From positions 11,650 through 73,903 of the forward strand of contig PCWA01000015.1 of assembly GCA_002796125.1 (NCBI GenBank): a stretch of DNA of 62,254 nt. Direction: 5' to 3'. Under the pieces are notes generated by a model. The model did not search any database. It was not told the DNA's origin and saw only the letters and a program-made list of their open reading frames with translations. The position numbers and the translations under genes are program-made. Source of the DNA: Candidatus Ghiorseimicrobium undicola. GTDB taxonomy: Bacteria > Omnitrophota > Gorgyraeia > Ghiorseimicrobiales > Ghiorseimicrobiaceae. Position 1 is the stretch's first letter; every line of letters starts with the position of its first letter. Shown here piece after piece: positions 1 through 10,038 of the stretch.

Positions 1-29
1 AATGCTGGCGCAAGCCGTTAAATTGGTGA
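1..29 (+). CDS. 3' end of a gene truncated by the window edge, possibly PurL (FGAM synthase II)
   Basis: Frame from base 3 reads CWRKPLNW-stop, resembling PurL C-termini; purQ/purF lie just downstream. Only 8 codons are visible. Confidence 0.3.
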
Positions 30-80
30 ACGGAAGGCATAATAGCGCGATGGTAAGAATATGAGCCGCGGAGAGTAAAA

Positions 81-740
81 GTGAATAAGAAAAAAAATAA
101 TAAAAAAAACGATTTTACAAATGAAGAGACATGGCGTATTTTCCGCATAATGGGAGAATTCGTAGACGGGTTTGAAGTTTTATCCAAAGCGGGGAAGGCT
201 GTTTCCATATTCGGCTCCGCCCGCCTAAGCCCCGGAGATAAATATTATAATGTTGCCGTGCACTTGTCTTATCTGTTGGCTAAAGCAGGTTATGCTGTTA
301 TAACAGGCGGCGGCGGCGGTATCATGGAAGCGGGAAACAGGGGGGCAAAAAAAGCAGGCGGCCATTCTATAGGTTTAAATATCCAGATACCAATGGAGCA
401 AAGGCCGAATAAATATATAGATACGCTGCTTGATTTTCATTATTTTTTCGTGCGTAAGGTCATGTTTGTAAAATATGCCAAGGCGTTTATAATATTTCCC
501 GGAGGATACGGGACTATGGATGAGTTATTTGAGTCCATGACGCTGGTACAGACAAGGCGCATAGGAAAATTTCCTATTGTATTGGTAGGTAAACACTATT
601 GGCGCGGGCTTATAGATTGGATTAAGTCAACTGTCCTGGATAGGGGATGCATAGACAAATCTGATCTTAAGATATTTAATTTGGTAGATACTCCTGAAGA
701 GGCAGTTTCTGTTATTAAGAAATTTTATTCAAAGGCATAG
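81..740 (+). CDS. LOG family nucleotide monophosphate nucleosidase (TIGR00730-like)
   Basis: PGGYGTMDE motif (PGGxGTxxE), ITGGGGGIME, YFFVRKVMF. Confidence 0.9.
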   Translation: MNKKKNNKKNDFTNEETWRIFRIMGEFVDGFEVLSKAGKAVSIFGSARLSPGDKYYNVAVHLSYLLAKAGYAVITGGGGGIMEAGNRGAKKAGGHSIGLNIQIPMEQRPNKYIDTLLDFHYFFVRKVMFVKYAKAFIIFPGGYGTMDELFESMTLVQTRRIGKFPIVLVGKHYWRGLIDWIKSTVLDRGCIDKSDLKIFNLVDTPEEAVSVIKKFYSKA

Positions 741-760
741 GGGTTGAAAAATTTTAAATA

Positions 761-1561
761 ATGCAAAAACCAAAAACTTTAATTCTGCGTACCGCAGGAA
801 CGAATTGCGATAAAGAGACAAAATTTGCCTTTGAGTTAGCTGGAGCCAGCGCGGATCTGGTGCATATAAACCAGATTATACGAAAAGAAAAATCATTGTC
901 TGATTATGCGATTCTGGCTTTGCCTGGAGGTTTTTCCTATGGGGACGATGTGGCGGCAGGAAAAATCCTGGCTAACGAGCTGGTTTTCAGATTAAAGGAT
1001 GAGCTGGTAAAATTTCTCAAAGCAGGAAAGTTAATTATCGGAATCTGTAACGGTTTTCAGGTGCTGGTTAAATCCGGCATCCTCTCAACAGACAGCGTTT
1101 CTTTTAGGCAGGATTTCAGCCTTATCAATAATGACTGCGGAAAATTTGAAGACCGATGGACTTATTTACGGATTGCGGATTATGGCTCAGGAGTTAGGAA
1201 ATGTGTTTGGACGAAGAATCTGCAGGAGATGATACATCTTCCCGTAGCGCATGGCGAAGGAAAGTTTATAGCTAAAGATAAAAAGATATTGGAAAATCTG
1301 AAGGAAAACGGCCAGGTAGTTTTTCAATATTGTAACCATCAGGGAAAATTTACGGGATATCCGGATAATCCCAATGGTTCAGTAGATAATGTCGCGGGAA
1401 TATGCGATAATAGCGGAAGGGTCTTTGGCCTCATGCCGCATCCTGAGCGCCATATTCTAGGCACTCATCATCCGCGTTGGATGAGAGAGGGGCTAAAGAA
1501 AGAAGGCGACGGATTAGCGATTTTTCGCAATGGAGTAGAATATGCCAAGAAAAATTTATAG
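761..1561 (+). CDS. purQ: Phosphoribosylformylglycinamidine synthase subunit I
   Basis: GTNCD, PGGFSYGD, GICNGFQ catalytic Cys, MPHPER. Confidence 0.95.
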   Translation: MQKPKTLILRTAGTNCDKETKFAFELAGASADLVHINQIIRKEKSLSDYAILALPGGFSYGDDVAAGKILANELVFRLKDELVKFLKAGKLIIGICNGFQVLVKSGILSTDSVSFRQDFSLINNDCGKFEDRWTYLRIADYGSGVRKCVWTKNLQEMIHLPVAHGEGKFIAKDKKILENLKENGQVVFQYCNHQGKFTGYPDNPNGSVDNVAGICDNSGRVFGLMPHPERHILGTHHPRWMREGLKKEGDGLAIFRNGVEYAKKNL

Positions 1562-2999
1562 TTTCAAAAATGGGCTTGGACCTTTTCTAAATTTTGATAA
1601 GCCGAAAGAGTGCTGCGGTTTATTCGGTATATATGACAATTATGAAGCGCCCTGGCTTACTTATCTTGGGCTTTATTCCTTGCAGCACAGAGGAGAAGAA
1701 GCTTGCGGTATAGCGGTAAGCGACGGTAGGCGCCTGTCCATACTTAAAGGCACGGGTTTGGTCTCGGAGGTATTTAATGAAGAGAATATTAAAAAGCTAT
1801 CCGGTTTTTTAAGTATCGGGCATCTGCGTTATTCAACTACCGGTTCAAGTGTTTTAAAGAACGCCCAGCCTTTGGTAGTGGATTATCTTAGGGGTTCGTT
1901 AGCTATAGGCCATAATGGTAATTTAATAAATAGCATCGAGCTCAGGCGTAAGCTTGAAAATAGCGGCTCTACTTTTCAGACGACTACGGATTCCGAAATA
2001 GTAGTACAGCTTATGGCGCGTTCGCGCCATCCCGATGTTATTAAGCGCCTAATTTATGCTCTCAATAAGGTTAAGGGCGCTTACTCCCTGCTTTTGATGA
2101 CTAAAGATAAGGTTATCGGCGCGCGCGACCCTATGGGTTTTCGCCCTCTTGTTTTAGGAAGAATCAATAAAAGTTTTTGCCTGGCATCCGAAACTTGCGC
2201 CCTGGATTTAATCGGGGCAAAGCTGGTCAGGGAGATTGAGCCGGGAGAGATAGTGGTTATTGATAAAAAGGGCGTAAAATCTTTTAGGTTTTCGCCTAAA
2301 CAAAAAAAACATGCTTTTTGTATTTTTGAACATGTTTATTTTTCGCGCCCCGATTCGGTTGTCTTCGGTCAAACGGTATATTCAGTGAGAAAAAAACTAG
2401 GAGCAGAGCTTGCAAAAGAGCATTATGTGGATGCTGATTTAGTAATACCGGTGCCTGACTCAGGCACATCCGCGGCGATAGGTTTTTCTCAGGCATCTAA
2501 CATCCCCATGGAAATGGGTATTATCAGGAATCATTATATCGGCAGGACGTTTATCCAGCCCTCGCAGCATATACGCGACTTGGGCGTTAGGGTAAAATTT
2601 AATTTATTGCGCGATATAATTAAAGGCAAGCGCGTAATAATAGTTGATGATTCGATAGTGAGGGGAACGACATCCAGGAAGCGCGTTAAGGCATTCAGAG
2701 CCTTAGGGGCCAAAGAAGTACATCTGCGCATTTCATGCCCTCCCCATAAGTTTCCCTGCCATTACGGTATAGATTTTCACGATCAAAAAGAGTTAATAGC
2801 TGTGCGTCTTAGCCATGAGCGTATAAAAAAATACCTTAATGTAGAGAGCCTGGGGTATTTAAGTTTAGAGGGCATGCTAAAGAGCGTAAATTCCTCTTCT
2901 TGCGATTATTGTACTGCTTGCTGGACCGGTAATTATCCGCTAAAGTGGAAGGGCAAAATAGGGAAGAGTTCTTTGGAAAAGAAGTGCTGCGGAGTATAA
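1542..2999 (+). CDS. purF: Amidophosphoribosyltransferase
   Basis: KECCGLFG propeptide junction, LQHRGEE, GHLRYSTTG, VDDSIVRGTT PRPP loop, Fe-S cysteines. Confidence 0.97.
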   Translation: MPRKIYSFKNGLGPFLNFDKPKECCGLFGIYDNYEAPWLTYLGLYSLQHRGEEACGIAVSDGRRLSILKGTGLVSEVFNEENIKKLSGFLSIGHLRYSTTGSSVLKNAQPLVVDYLRGSLAIGHNGNLINSIELRRKLENSGSTFQTTTDSEIVVQLMARSRHPDVIKRLIYALNKVKGAYSLLLMTKDKVIGARDPMGFRPLVLGRINKSFCLASETCALDLIGAKLVREIEPGEIVVIDKKGVKSFRFSPKQKKHAFCIFEHVYFSRPDSVVFGQTVYSVRKKLGAELAKEHYVDADLVIPVPDSGTSAAIGFSQASNIPMEMGIIRNHYIGRTFIQPSQHIRDLGVRVKFNLLRDIIKGKRVIIVDDSIVRGTTSRKRVKAFRALGAKEVHLRISCPPHKFPCHYGIDFHDQKELIAVRLSHERIKKYLNVESLGYLSLEGMLKSVNSSSCDYCTACWTGNYPLKWKGKIGKSSLEKKCCGV

Positions 3000-3032
3000 T
3001 TATAAAATAAAAGACGAAAAAATTGAGAAATT

Positions 3033-4055
3033 ATGAAACAGTTGACTTATAAGAAATCCGGGGTGGATGTAAAGGCCGCCAATATTTTTGTCCAAAACAT
3101 AAAAAAAATAGTTAAGTCTACGCAGGGCAGGAATGTTCTGGCAAATATCGGGGGATTTGGCGGGTTATTTCAATTTGAAGCCGGAAAATATAAAAATCCC
3201 GTGCTTGTCTCATCTACTGACGGGGTAGGCACCAAGCTTAAGCTGGCCATCTTGGCGAATAAGCATGATACGGTCGGGATAGATTTAGTGGGGATGAACG
3301 TAAATGACATTTTATGTTGTGGCGCAAGCCCGCTTTTGTTTTTAGATTATATTGCCTGCGGCAAATTAAATAATAGCGTTTTGACAGATGTTGTTTCCGG
3401 CATAGCCAAGGGTTGCCGCATGTCTGGTTGCAGCCTTGTAGGAGGGGAGACCGCGGAAATGCCGGGAATGTATAAAGCGGATGATTATGACCTGGCCGGA
3501 TTCTGCCTTGGCGTTGTTGAGAGAGATAAAATTATTGACGGATCGAATATAAGGCTAAAAGATACATTAATCGGCATAGAATCTAACGGCCTGCATTCTA
3601 ATGGATTTTCTCTTGTAAGAAAAGTTTTTGCCTCAGGCGAACTTAAGAAGTATTCCGCAGAGCTGCTTAAGCCGACCCGTATTTACGTAAAATCAATTCT
3701 TGAGTTATTACGAGTTACGAGCTACGAGTTACGAGTCCCTGTTATTAAAGGCATTGCCCATATTACCGGCGGGGCGTTTTTTGACAAAATAATAAGGGTT
3801 GTCCCAAAGAAATTCGGGATCAAGGTTTATTATGATACCTGGCCTGTCCCGGATATATTTAAGCTGATACAGAAAAAAGGCAAAATCGCATCTAATGAGA
3901 TGTTGAAGACATTTAACATGGGCATAGGCTTAGTCTTGGTGGTAGACCATAAATATACAACCCTGACTATACGCAGACTTTTTGATTTGGGTCTTAAATC
4001 CTGGGCCATAGGAGAGATTGCCGCCAATAGTGGTAAGGTGGAGATAATTAATTGA
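3033..4055 (+). CDS. purM: Phosphoribosylformylglycinamidine cyclo-ligase
   Basis: TDGVGTK, GGETAEMP, SNGLHSNGFSL, HITGG, TFNMGIG. Confidence 0.97.
   Translation: MKQLTYKKSGVDVKAANIFVQNIKKIVKSTQGRNVLANIGGFGGLFQFEAGKYKNPVLVSSTDGVGTKLKLAILANKHDTVGIDLVGMNVNDILCCGASPLLFLDYIACGKLNNSVLTDVVSGIAKGCRMSGCSLVGGETAEMPGMYKADDYDLAGFCLGVVERDKIIDGSNIRLKDTLIGIESNGLHSNGFSLVRKVFASGELKKYSAELLKPTRIYVKSILELLRVTSYELRVPVIKGIAHITGGAFFDKIIRVVPKKFGIKVYYDTWPVPDIFKLIQKKGKIASNEMLKTFNMGIGLVLVVDHKYTTLTIRRLFDLGLKSWAIGEIAANSGKVEIIN
3709..3736 (+). repeat. Heptamer tandem repeat (TACGAGT-like x4) in-frame within purM
   Basis: tacgagt tacgagc tacgagt tacgagt, encoding part of LLRVTSYELRV. Confidence 0.85.
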
Positions 4056-4059
4056 AGGC

Positions 4060-5337
4060 ATGAAAATTTTAGTTATTGGTTCAGGCGGCAGGGAGCATGC
4101 TATTGCCTGGAGGATATCAAAGAGTCCTAAAGTAAGAGGGATTTTTTGCGCTCCCGGTAATGCCGGGATATCAGAAATTGCCGAATGCGTGGATATAGCC
4201 GCGGATGACTTGCAGGCCTTGGTTAAATTCGCAAAAGATAACTCTATTGATTTAACGGTTGTGGGGCCTGAAACAGCATTATGCCGCGGCATTGTTGATT
4301 TGTTTGAAAGTCAAAACTTAAAAATTTTCGGGCCGGGCAAATCAGCCGCACGGCTTGAAGGAAGCAAGCTTTTTGCAAAAGAGGCGATGGAGAGGTTCTC
4401 AATACCCACGGCCAAATACCGGGTATTTACGGATGCGCAATATCAAGACGCCTTAAACTATATTTCAGGTATAAAAAAGTATCCGATAGTCATTAAAGCC
4501 GATGGGTTGGCTGCCGGCAAAGGCGTAATTATCGCCAAAAGCAAAAATGAAGCAGAGGCGGCGGTAAAAGATATCTTGGTTGATAAGGTATTTGCCTCAA
4601 GCGGAGAGAAAATAATAATAGAGGAATGCTTAGAAGGCGAGGAAGCTTCAATACTTGCTGTTTGTGACGGAGAAAATTTTTTGTTACTGCCGCATTCTCA
4701 AGATCATAAAAGAGCCTTTGATAATGACCAAGGGCCCAATACAGGAGGCATGGGCGCTTATTCGCCGGCCCCGGTTGTAAAAGATGATATTTTAAATAAG
4801 ATAAATAAAGCGATAATTAAACCTTTGTTGGACGGCCTTAAAAGCGAAGGCAATATATACCGCGGTATTCTTTATGCCGGCCTGATGATAACTAAAGAAG
4901 GGCCTAAGGTGCTGGAATTTAATGTGCGTTTTGGCGATCCGGAGACACAGGCAATCCTTCCCAGAATAAAAACAGACTTGATAGATGTGATGTTTGCTTC
5001 AATAGAAGGCAGGCTTAGGGAGGTAAAACTGGAAATCGATTCGCGTTTTTGCGTCAATGTAGTGCTGGCTTCCGGCGGATACCCGGGCAATTATGAAAAG
5101 GGTAAAGAGATATTTGGTTTAGATGAAGCAGTAAAGATGCCGGATGTGATAGTATTTCATGCCGCCACCAGCAAAGAAAACGGCAAAATTGTAACTAACG
5201 GCGGAAGGGTGCTGGGAGTGACGGGATTAGGCAACACCATAAAAGAGGCAATTGCTAAGACCTATCAGGCAGTTGATAAGATTAACTTTGAAGGCATGCA
5301 TTATCGTAAGGATATCGGCAGAAAAGCCGTAAATTAA
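4060..5337 (+). CDS. purD: Phosphoribosylamine-glycine ligase
   Basis: GSGGREHA, KADGLAAGKGV, QDHKR, GPNTGGMG, EFNVRFGDPE. Confidence 0.97.
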   Translation: MKILVIGSGGREHAIAWRISKSPKVRGIFCAPGNAGISEIAECVDIAADDLQALVKFAKDNSIDLTVVGPETALCRGIVDLFESQNLKIFGPGKSAARLEGSKLFAKEAMERFSIPTAKYRVFTDAQYQDALNYISGIKKYPIVIKADGLAAGKGVIIAKSKNEAEAAVKDILVDKVFASSGEKIIIEECLEGEEASILAVCDGENFLLLPHSQDHKRAFDNDQGPNTGGMGAYSPAPVVKDDILNKINKAIIKPLLDGLKSEGNIYRGILYAGLMITKEGPKVLEFNVRFGDPETQAILPRIKTDLIDVMFASIEGRLREVKLEIDSRFCVNVVLASGGYPGNYEKGKEIFGLDEAVKMPDVIVFHAATSKENGKIVTNGGRVLGVTGLGNTIKEAIAKTYQAVDKINFEGMHYRKDIGRKAVN

Positions 5338-5373
5338 ATTACACAAAACAAGCAATGCTTGTTTTGTGTAATT
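5337..5373. repeat. 37-bp palindrome upstream of the transposase (REP-like)
   Basis: aattacacaaaacaagca-a-tgcttgttttgtgtaatt: perfect 18-bp arms with a 1-nt centre. Confidence 0.95.
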
Positions 5374-5383
5374 GGTGAATAGT

Positions 5384-6301
5384 ATGGATATAGAGAAACT
5401 GGTTGAGCAGGGGAAAGTCAAACGGATATTTCGGGCGCGCAATAAGATATCGTATTCAGGCGCTTGCTGCCATATAACTCAACGCGCTCCCGGCAGGGAG
5501 CTTTTATTTGTGGATGATAGGGATTATTTATATATGCTGCATTTATTGAAAACTAAATCCAAGAAATTTAATTTTCAGGTTTATTCCTTCGCGCTTTTAC
5601 CAAACCATTTTCATCTCCAAATATGTTTAGGTAAGGATAATTTATCGGCAGCCATAAAGAATATTTGTGAGACGTACGCGAAAATGTTTAATAAGAAATA
5701 TAGCCGCAAAGGGCATGTTTTTTGCGGCGCTTTCCGGCAGGCTTTATGTTTTGACGATGTTTATCTATTGGCCACCTCTTTATATATTCATCTTAATCCG
5801 GTAAGGGCAAGGCTCGTAGATAAGCCGGGAAAATATAGATGGTCATCATGCCGTCTTTATGTTAAACCGCAAACCGCTCCGGCATTTGTAAATCACGAAT
5901 TTATTTTAAAAACTTTGGACGACGATATCACTCGGGCTCAGAACGCCTATAGTCAGATTCTAAACAGATCTATTTTGATAACTGCGGAAGAAATTTGGAA
6001 TCATCGTAAAGCCATTGAAGACTTTACCAATCGTTTATCAGGGTGTATTAAGGCTTTAATAAGCAGTAATAATGTTGGCTCGATTTCACATAGTTTATGG
6101 AAGGCGGATCTTGATAAAGTGGTGGAACGGGTTCGGAACAATAAACGAGCTATGGATTTGGATGATTTAAAGGAAAGAAAATATGCTATAGAGCAATTGC
6201 GCGCGAGGGGATACGCGATGGATGAGATAGCAAATAAGTTGAAATTAAGCCGCAAGACATTATATAATATACTAAAATTACACAAAACAAGCATTGCTTG
6301 A
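5384..6301 (+). mobile_element. REP-associated tyrosine (Y1/HUH) transposase-like protein with C-terminal HTH
   Basis: PNHFHL (HUH), YIHLNPVRA (catalytic Tyr-x-x-x-NP), GHVF, YRWSS; C-terminal GYAMDEIANKLKLSRKTLYNIL HTH. Start moved to ATG 5384 (track start 5372). Confidence 0.85.
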
Positions 6302-6310
6302 AATGTGTAA
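6276..6310. repeat. Second, degenerate copy of the palindrome overlapping the transposase stop codon
   Basis: aattacacaaaacaagca-t-tgcttg-aaat-gtgtaa: left arm identical to 5337-5354, right arm altered at the tttt tract. Confidence 0.9.
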
Positions 6311-6332
6311 AATGAAGGAGAGAGGGAGAATC

Positions 6333-6815
6333 ATGGCGTCTAAAGCAGCGATAGTGATGGGCAGCGAATCGGATTTAGAGACGATGGAAGAGGCAAAAAT
6401 TGCCCTTGATGAGTTTGGTATTAAAAGCGCGGTAAAAGTGATGTCCGCGCATAGAAGCCCTAAGGCGGTAGTGGATTTTTCGCTTTCCGCCAGGGATAAG
6501 GGCATAAAGGTCATTATCGCCGGCGCCGGTGGAGCGGCGCATTTAGCAGGCGTAATTGCCGCGCACACTACTCTTCCGGTAATCGGCGTTCCGATAGAAA
6601 CCAGGAGTTTGAAAGGGCTGGATTCCCTTTTATCTACGGTGCAGATGCCGAAAAATGTGCCTGTGGCAACTGTTGCTATAGGAAAATCAGGCGCCAGAAA
6701 CGCGGGGATATTGGCAGCGCAGATTTTAGCGCTAGAGGATAAAAAGATTGCCAAGAAATTAGCGGGTTTTAAAAAGAAATTAGCAAAACAAGCCAAGAAC
6801 ATAAAATTAAATTAG
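6333..6815 (+). CDS. purE: N5-carboxyaminoimidazole ribonucleotide mutase / AIR carboxylase
   Basis: MGSESD, SAHRSP, AGAGGAAHLAG, VQMP. Start moved to ATG 6333 after a purine-rich RBS. Confidence 0.95.
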   Translation: MASKAAIVMGSESDLETMEEAKIALDEFGIKSAVKVMSAHRSPKAVVDFSLSARDKGIKVIIAGAGGAAHLAGVIAAHTTLPVIGVPIETRSLKGLDSLLSTVQMPKNVPVATVAIGKSGARNAGILAAQILALEDKKIAKKLAGFKKKLAKQAKNIKLN

Positions 6816-6821
6816 GAACGA

Positions 6822-7880
6822 ATGAAAACCCAGGTTATAAAAATTAACCCGCTGGATCCGGAAAAGGAAAAGATTAGGGACGCGGCGTTAGTTCTGGCAA
6901 ATGGCGGCTTAGTGGCTTTTCCTACTGAAACGGTATATGGATTAGGGGCTAATGTAAATAATGGCAGGGCTGTTGAGCGGCTCTATGAGGTTAAAATCAG
7001 GCCAAAAGATAAGCCGTTTACGGTTCAGATAGCAGCTAAGGAAATAATAGACGATTTTTCGTACAAAGTTTTACCGTTTGTTTATAGGTTGATAGACCGT
7101 TTTTGGCCCGGCCCGTTGACCTTGATTTTAGAATCCAGGGATAATAATAAAATAGGGCTGCGTATGCCGAACAATAAGATAGCGCTTGGGCTTCTGCATG
7201 CGGCTGCGATACCCCTGGCGGTTCCTTCCGCTAATATTTCATCTCATCCGCCTTCTCTGACAGCCAATGATGTCTTGAGAGATTTGGATGGAAAAATTGA
7301 GCTTATAGTTGACGGAGGTAAGGTAGAATTAGGGATAGAATCGACTGTTGTGGATGTGGTAAATTTACCTATCCGCATACTGCGTAATGGCGCCATAGGA
7401 GGCGATATTTTAGAAAAGATCGCCAATTCTAAAGAGATACTTTTTGTTTGCACGGGTAATTCTTGCCGTTCTGTCATGGCAAAGTATCTTTTGGAAAAAG
7501 AATTAAAGATAAGGAAAAGAGAAGATATATTTTGCGCCTCTTGCGGTATCGGCGCTTTAGGCGGAATGGAAGCCACTCCTTTTGTAAAGAGCTTATTAAA
7601 TGAAGAGGGGATTGATTCATCGGCTCACCGGGCGCGAAGATTGAATGAGTGGATGCTTAAGAGGGCAGATTTAATTTTAGCCATGGATAGTATTCATAAA
7701 GATGAGATTAACAGATTATACCCTGTTTTAAGAGAGAAGGTCTATTTATTAAGTGAATTTGCCGAAGGGGGAGATTCCGGGATATATGACCCCATAGGAA
7801 GGCCGGAAGAGGAGTACAGAAAATGCTTTCTTCAAATAAAAAAATTAATAAAAAAAGCGGCGGAAAAAATATGCCGGTAG
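6822..7880 (+). CDS. tsaC: Fusion: threonylcarbamoyl-AMP synthase (TsaC/Sua5 N-domain) + low-molecular-weight protein Arg/Tyr phosphatase
   Basis: FPTETVYGL, WPGPLT, PSANIS, GIESTVVD; then FVCTGNSCRS (CX5R) and DPIG. Confidence 0.9.
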   Translation: MKTQVIKINPLDPEKEKIRDAALVLANGGLVAFPTETVYGLGANVNNGRAVERLYEVKIRPKDKPFTVQIAAKEIIDDFSYKVLPFVYRLIDRFWPGPLTLILESRDNNKIGLRMPNNKIALGLLHAAAIPLAVPSANISSHPPSLTANDVLRDLDGKIELIVDGGKVELGIESTVVDVVNLPIRILRNGAIGGDILEKIANSKEILFVCTGNSCRSVMAKYLLEKELKIRKREDIFCASCGIGALGGMEATPFVKSLLNEEGIDSSAHRARRLNEWMLKRADLILAMDSIHKDEINRLYPVLREKVYLLSEFAEGGDSGIYDPIGRPEEEYRKCFLQIKKLIKKAAEKICR

Positions 7881-8314
7881 GTATAGCCTGCGATCACGGC
7901 GGATTTTTGTTGAAGCAAAAGATAAAAATTATTTTAGAGGCCGGGCGGTATAAATATATTGATTATGGAACCAGCACCGGTGAATCTTGCGATTATCCTA
8001 AGTTTGGAATAAAATTAATCATGGCAATATTAAATAAAAAAATAAACCGCGGCTTGCTTATCTGCCGTTCAGGAATAGGCTTTTCAATTCTGGCGAACAG
8101 GTTTAAGGGGATACGGGCCGCGCTTTGTTATAATGCAAAAGCGGCAAAGCGTTCGCGCCAGCATAATGATTCCAATGTATTAATTTTAGGCGCGGATTAT
8201 GTTAAAGCCAAAGATATTAAAAAAATTTTACAGGCATGGTTGAATGCCGAATTCGAAGGCGGCAGGCATCAGCGCCGCCTAAAACAGATTGAAAAATACA
8301 GTTATAAGCATTGA
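7871..8314 (+). CDS. rpiB: Ribose-5-phosphate isomerase B
   Basis: [30 protein letters not shown]. Start moved to ATG 7871. Confidence 0.92.
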   Translation: MPVGIACDHGGFLLKQKIKIILEAGRYKYIDYGTSTGESCDYPKFGIKLIMAILNKKINRGLLICRSGIGFSILANRFKGIRAALCYNAKAAKRSRQHNDSNVLILGADYVKAKDIKKILQAWLNAEFEGGRHQRRLKQIEKYSYKH

Positions 8315-8331
8315 GAGTAAGGGGCGTGAGA

Positions 8332-9570
8332 ATGAGCTACTTAAAGAAAACCGACAAGGAAATTTATGAAATTATAAATAAGGAATGCAGGCGCCAGGAG
8401 CAGAATTTAGAGTTAATCGCTTCTGAGAATTTCGCCTCAAATGCCGTATTGGAGGCGCAGGGTTCATGCCTTACCAATAAGTATGCCGAAGGCTATCCCG
8501 ATAAGCGCTGGTATGACGGCTGTGAGTTTGTTGATGAGGCTGAATCTTTGGCTATTACGCGGGCAAAAAAACTTTTTGGCGCAGAGCATGTTAATGTACA
8601 GCCACATTCCGGCTCTTCCGCCAATATGGCGGTTTATTTCGCGGTGCTTAAACCCGGCGATACCATCCTAGCCCTGGATTTATCCGCCGGCGGGCATCTT
8701 ACGCATGGGCACAGGCATAATTTTTCCGGGCGCCTTTATAATGTGGTTTGTTATGGCGTAGACCCTAAAACAGAAACTTTCGACTACGATAAGATTCATG
8801 AGCTGGCGTTAAAACACAAGCCGAAAATGATTTTGGCCGGCGCATCCGCATATCCCCGGACAATGGATTTTAAAAAATTCAGGCAAATATGCGATACCGT
8901 AGGCGCTTATTTACTTGTGGATATGGCGCATATAGCAGGGCTTATCGCCTGCGGGCTTCACCCATCTCCGGTTCCGCACGCCGAATTTGTTACTTCTACG
9001 ACCCATAAAACATTGCGCGGCCCCCGTGCCGGTTTTATAATCTGCAAGAATAAATTTGCCAAGAAAATTGACATGCAGGTTTTTCCGGGAATACAGGGAG
9101 GGCCTCTGATGCACGTAATCGCGGCTAAAGCAGTGGCTTTCAAAGAAGCCTTAGCGCCGTCTTTTAAAAAATACCAGCAAAGTGTGCTTAACAATGCAAG
9201 GGCCATGTCCGAAAGCTTAAAGAAAGAAGGTTTTCGTATTGTTTCCGGAGGGACCGATACGCATCTTTTGCTTGTTGATTTGCGCGGCTTTAATATTACC
9301 GGCGCTGAGGCGGCGGCGGTTCTGGATAAAGCCAATATCACGGTTAATAAAAATCTTATTCCTTTTGACACTACGTCGCCTACGGTTACCAGCGGAATAC
9401 GCTTAGGCAGCGCCGCTGTTACTACACGCGGCATGGCAGAGAAACAAATGCAAAAGGTTGCGGAATTTATCAGCCGCGTGCTTAAAGCGAAGAATGATAA
9501 TAAAACCATAGAGCTGATCAAAAAAGAAGTTCTAAAATTAACCGCTAAATTTCCTCTTTACAAAAAATAG
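8332..9570 (+). CDS. glyA: Serine hydroxymethyltransferase
   Basis: [25 protein letters not shown] (PLP Lys). Start moved to ATG 8332. Confidence 0.97.
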   Translation: MSYLKKTDKEIYEIINKECRRQEQNLELIASENFASNAVLEAQGSCLTNKYAEGYPDKRWYDGCEFVDEAESLAITRAKKLFGAEHVNVQPHSGSSANMAVYFAVLKPGDTILALDLSAGGHLTHGHRHNFSGRLYNVVCYGVDPKTETFDYDKIHELALKHKPKMILAGASAYPRTMDFKKFRQICDTVGAYLLVDMAHIAGLIACGLHPSPVPHAEFVTSTTHKTLRGPRAGFIICKNKFAKKIDMQVFPGIQGGPLMHVIAAKAVAFKEALAPSFKKYQQSVLNNARAMSESLKKEGFRIVSGGTDTHLLLVDLRGFNITGAEAAAVLDKANITVNKNLIPFDTTSPTVTSGIRLGSAAVTTRGMAEKQMQKVAEFISRVLKAKNDNKTIELIKKEVLKLTAKFPLYKK

Positions 9571-9574
9571 CGCA

Positions 9575-10033
9575 ATGGTAAAAAAACGATACCGGCCAAG
9601 TTGGGATGAATATTTTTTAGAAGCCGCGGAATTAGTAGCTAAACGTTCCACATGCCTACGCCGGCAGGTGGGGGCGGTGGCGGTACGTGATAAGCGTATT
9701 TTAGCTACGGGTTATAATGGCGCACCTTCAGGATTAAGTCATTGCGCGGATATTGGCTGTTTGCGCCAGAAACTCAAAATCCCGTCCGGGCAGCGTCAGG
9801 AATTATGCCGCGCTTTACATGCCGAGCAGAATATAATAATACAGGCGGTAATCCATAAAGTAGATTTAAAAGGTGCTACTATCTATGTAACTAACCAGCC
9901 TTGTGTTATATGCAGCAAGATGTTAATCAGTGTAGGTATAAGGGATATAGTAATACTTGATGGTTATCCGGATAAGCTGGCGAGAAAGATGTTGAGAGAA
10001 GCTAAAATTAAAGTAAGAAGAGTAAAAAAATAG
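9575..10033 (+). CDS. dCMP deaminase / ComEB family protein
   Basis: [27 protein letters not shown] Zn motifs. Confidence 0.9.
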   Translation: MVKKRYRPSWDEYFLEAAELVAKRSTCLRRQVGAVAVRDKRILATGYNGAPSGLSHCADIGCLRQKLKIPSGQRQELCRALHAEQNIIIQAVIHKVDLKGATIYVTNQPCVICSKMLISVGIRDIVILDGYPDKLARKMLREAKIKVRRVKK

Positions 10034-10038
10034 CAATT

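Noticed and set aside
6333-6815. purE without an adjacent purK
   Set aside because: Common in anaerobes, and purK could lie outside the window.
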